A stretch of 62,993 nt of DNA, counting the filler, from Olpidium bornovanus S191 (taxonomy: Eukaryota > Fungi > Olpidiomycota): assembly GCA_017911155.1 (NCBI GenBank). It is 30 parts of 30 records of this genome, joined end to end, with 100 filler letters (N's around TTAATTAATTAA, not from the genome) between each part and the next. Parts side by side here need not be neighbours in the genome. Positions count along the whole stretch, not along the records: positions 60,975 to 62,993 come from JAEFCI010006590.1; 29 more parts are not named here. The stretch is one strand, 5' to 3'. The notes under the pieces are model-generated. The model ran no database searches, was not told where the DNA came from, and worked only from the letters and a program-made list of their open reading frames with translations. The position numbers and the translations under genes were made by a program. Shown here in pieces: positions 61,557 through 62,993 of this stretch. Within the stretch, counting starts at the first letter, position 1. Each line of letters begins with the position of its first letter.

Positions 61557-62993
61557 ATGCCGTTGGCAACAAACGCCCGCGGCGGGCAGGAGGATCTATT
61601 GGAGAAATTGAGGACGCCGGGCCTATGCACCCGGGAGCTGGCAGAGAACGTGCGGTGCGCGCTGTTCCCCGAAACTGACGCTGTTGCCGCAAGACCGTGC
61701 ACCATGAGAGCCGGGGAGCGCGGGTGTTCCGAGAACAAACCCAGCAGGCGGAGGGCCGAGAAGCATGTCGCAGCAGGCAGGGGCGACGGTGCAGCTGCGA
61801 GACATGCCCGCGTCGTCGGACCGTTCGCCATGCGCGTGATCAACCAAAACGTTGCTACGTTGGCTTCCTTGATTGACACCGCAAAAGCGGACGGCCAGGA
61901 TCGGGAAAAACCCGGACGTCTGCGACGCAATGAAGACTACGATGCCTGCAACTGCCTCGTCGATACCGCGTTTTACGCTGTAGACGCGCTTGCTGCTCTC
62001 CAGACGCACCTGAACCTCGAACCGCTGCAACTGGAGATGGCCGTATCCAATATCATAACCACGCTGATCGATCTGAAGTTTGTGCGTTTCAGAACGATAT
62101 GCCGGTGTGGCCGTGAGGCATCCTCGTCAGTGTCTCTCGCTCATTACGGGTTTTTTTGTCTATTACAAACCGTTTGTGTAGTACAACCGTGCCCTTGAGG
62201 AGTTGTGCACGCTGCAGTCCCGCCTGTGTGGAGTGCGTAAGCTGGCTTCCGACCAAAGCGGGAAGAATGTTGGCGCCGGTTTTCTTTCTGGAAAGCCGGT
62301 GCCGCGGCCGCGGGTATTGCGCAGCCGGACAAATCAACCCCACGAAACGGCAGCGCGGTACGTTGCTGCGTCCAAAAAGAAGCGTCAACTCCGTGAATCG
62401 TCACCCGGCGCGCAGCTGCCCTCGGCAGCGCAACCAACGAAGTCGCAAGAGGAAATAATCCACAGCCATCATCCTTCCCTGTTTAAGTGGAGGCGGCCGA
62501 TTATCGACGATTCGGGCACGCAGACGAACCTGCTAATGCTCTTAATCGCGCTTAACCTGAGCGCCGCACGATGCTGGATCGAGATCGGTGACCTGGCCTT
62601 GTTGAACGTGCGCTCTTTTTTGTGTGACGGGGGTGGGTTGGCGGTTTCCTCTGTGGGCCGAGCTGATTTTCGGCATTACTATAGCATCTTTCAGTGGCCG
62701 TAGGGCCGTCATCATCAACGTCGGAATACCTTTCGCTTTGGGACTGTTGCGAGCTGCTATCGCGATGTGACCCGGAAGCCGCATCGAAACAGTTCGATTT
62801 GGCATTCAGGTTGCTTTACCGCGCTTCAACGACGGCCAATACTCACCGTAAGATTGTCTTCCAATGGTATTCCCGCGGCCCCGATACGTTCCGCTTATCC
62901 TGTTGCGTGGCCTGCTTGCAGCCCGCGTCGCCATTAAAGTTCGAGCCTGCAGCTTGGAGTTCTTGTCCCAAATACGTTCCACCTGCGCCACGA
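61557..62993 (+). CDS. ESP1: Separase (Esp1/Cut1-like), N-terminal helical region, partial, multi-exon
   Basis: FAMRVINQNVATLASL...LVDTAFYAVDALAAL..LNLEPLQLEMAVSNIITTLIDLKF | YNRALEELCTLQSRL resembles fungal separase N-termini; recognised from memory only. Confidence 0.6.

Overview
This is not a contiguous locus. It is a concatenation of 30 short genomic contigs (about 1.0-5.4 kb each) joined by 29 artificial 100-bp spacers (44 N + TTAATTAATTAA + 44 N), so neighbourhood across spacers has no biological meaning. The DNA is eukaryotic, GC-rich and intron-rich (GT-AG, CTAAC/CTGAC branch points) with fungal-type housekeeping genes. The gene content suggests an early-diverging, probably zoosporic, fungus; the style resembles Olpidium, which is my unverified impression. 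Recognisable and mostly partial genes: valyl-tRNA synthetase with an N-terminal WHEP domain, MMTAG2-like protein, Aurora kinase, RING E3 ligase, prohibitin, Bmt5, universal stress protein, S9 dipeptidyl peptidase, mevalonate kinase, UDP-GlcNAc pyrophosphorylase, Urb2, RecQ/Sgs1, eIF3a, an eIF4E paralogue, Prp16, ITFG1/TIP, an IQ-motif protein, RhoGAP, Cms1 and separase. Most interesting: (1) a 10-exon gene filling contig 28184-30860 that resembles the CatSper delta/epsilon auxiliary subunits of the sperm flagellar Ca2+ channel; (2) a small heat-shock protein fused to a long LEA-like tail; (3) the WHEP-ValRS fusion; (4) a Ty1/copia fragment with a single in-frame TAG at the gag/pol junction, interrupted by an opposite-strand LTR with a Ty5-type half-tRNA primer-binding site and repeated leader hairpins; (5) a transposon graveyard (Tc1 DD34E remnant, CpG-decayed 10-bp satellite, MITE). 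About 22 of the 60 contig ends stop at CATG. No rRNA, tRNA or CRISPR array was seen. All family assignments come from motif recognition by eye, not from database searches.
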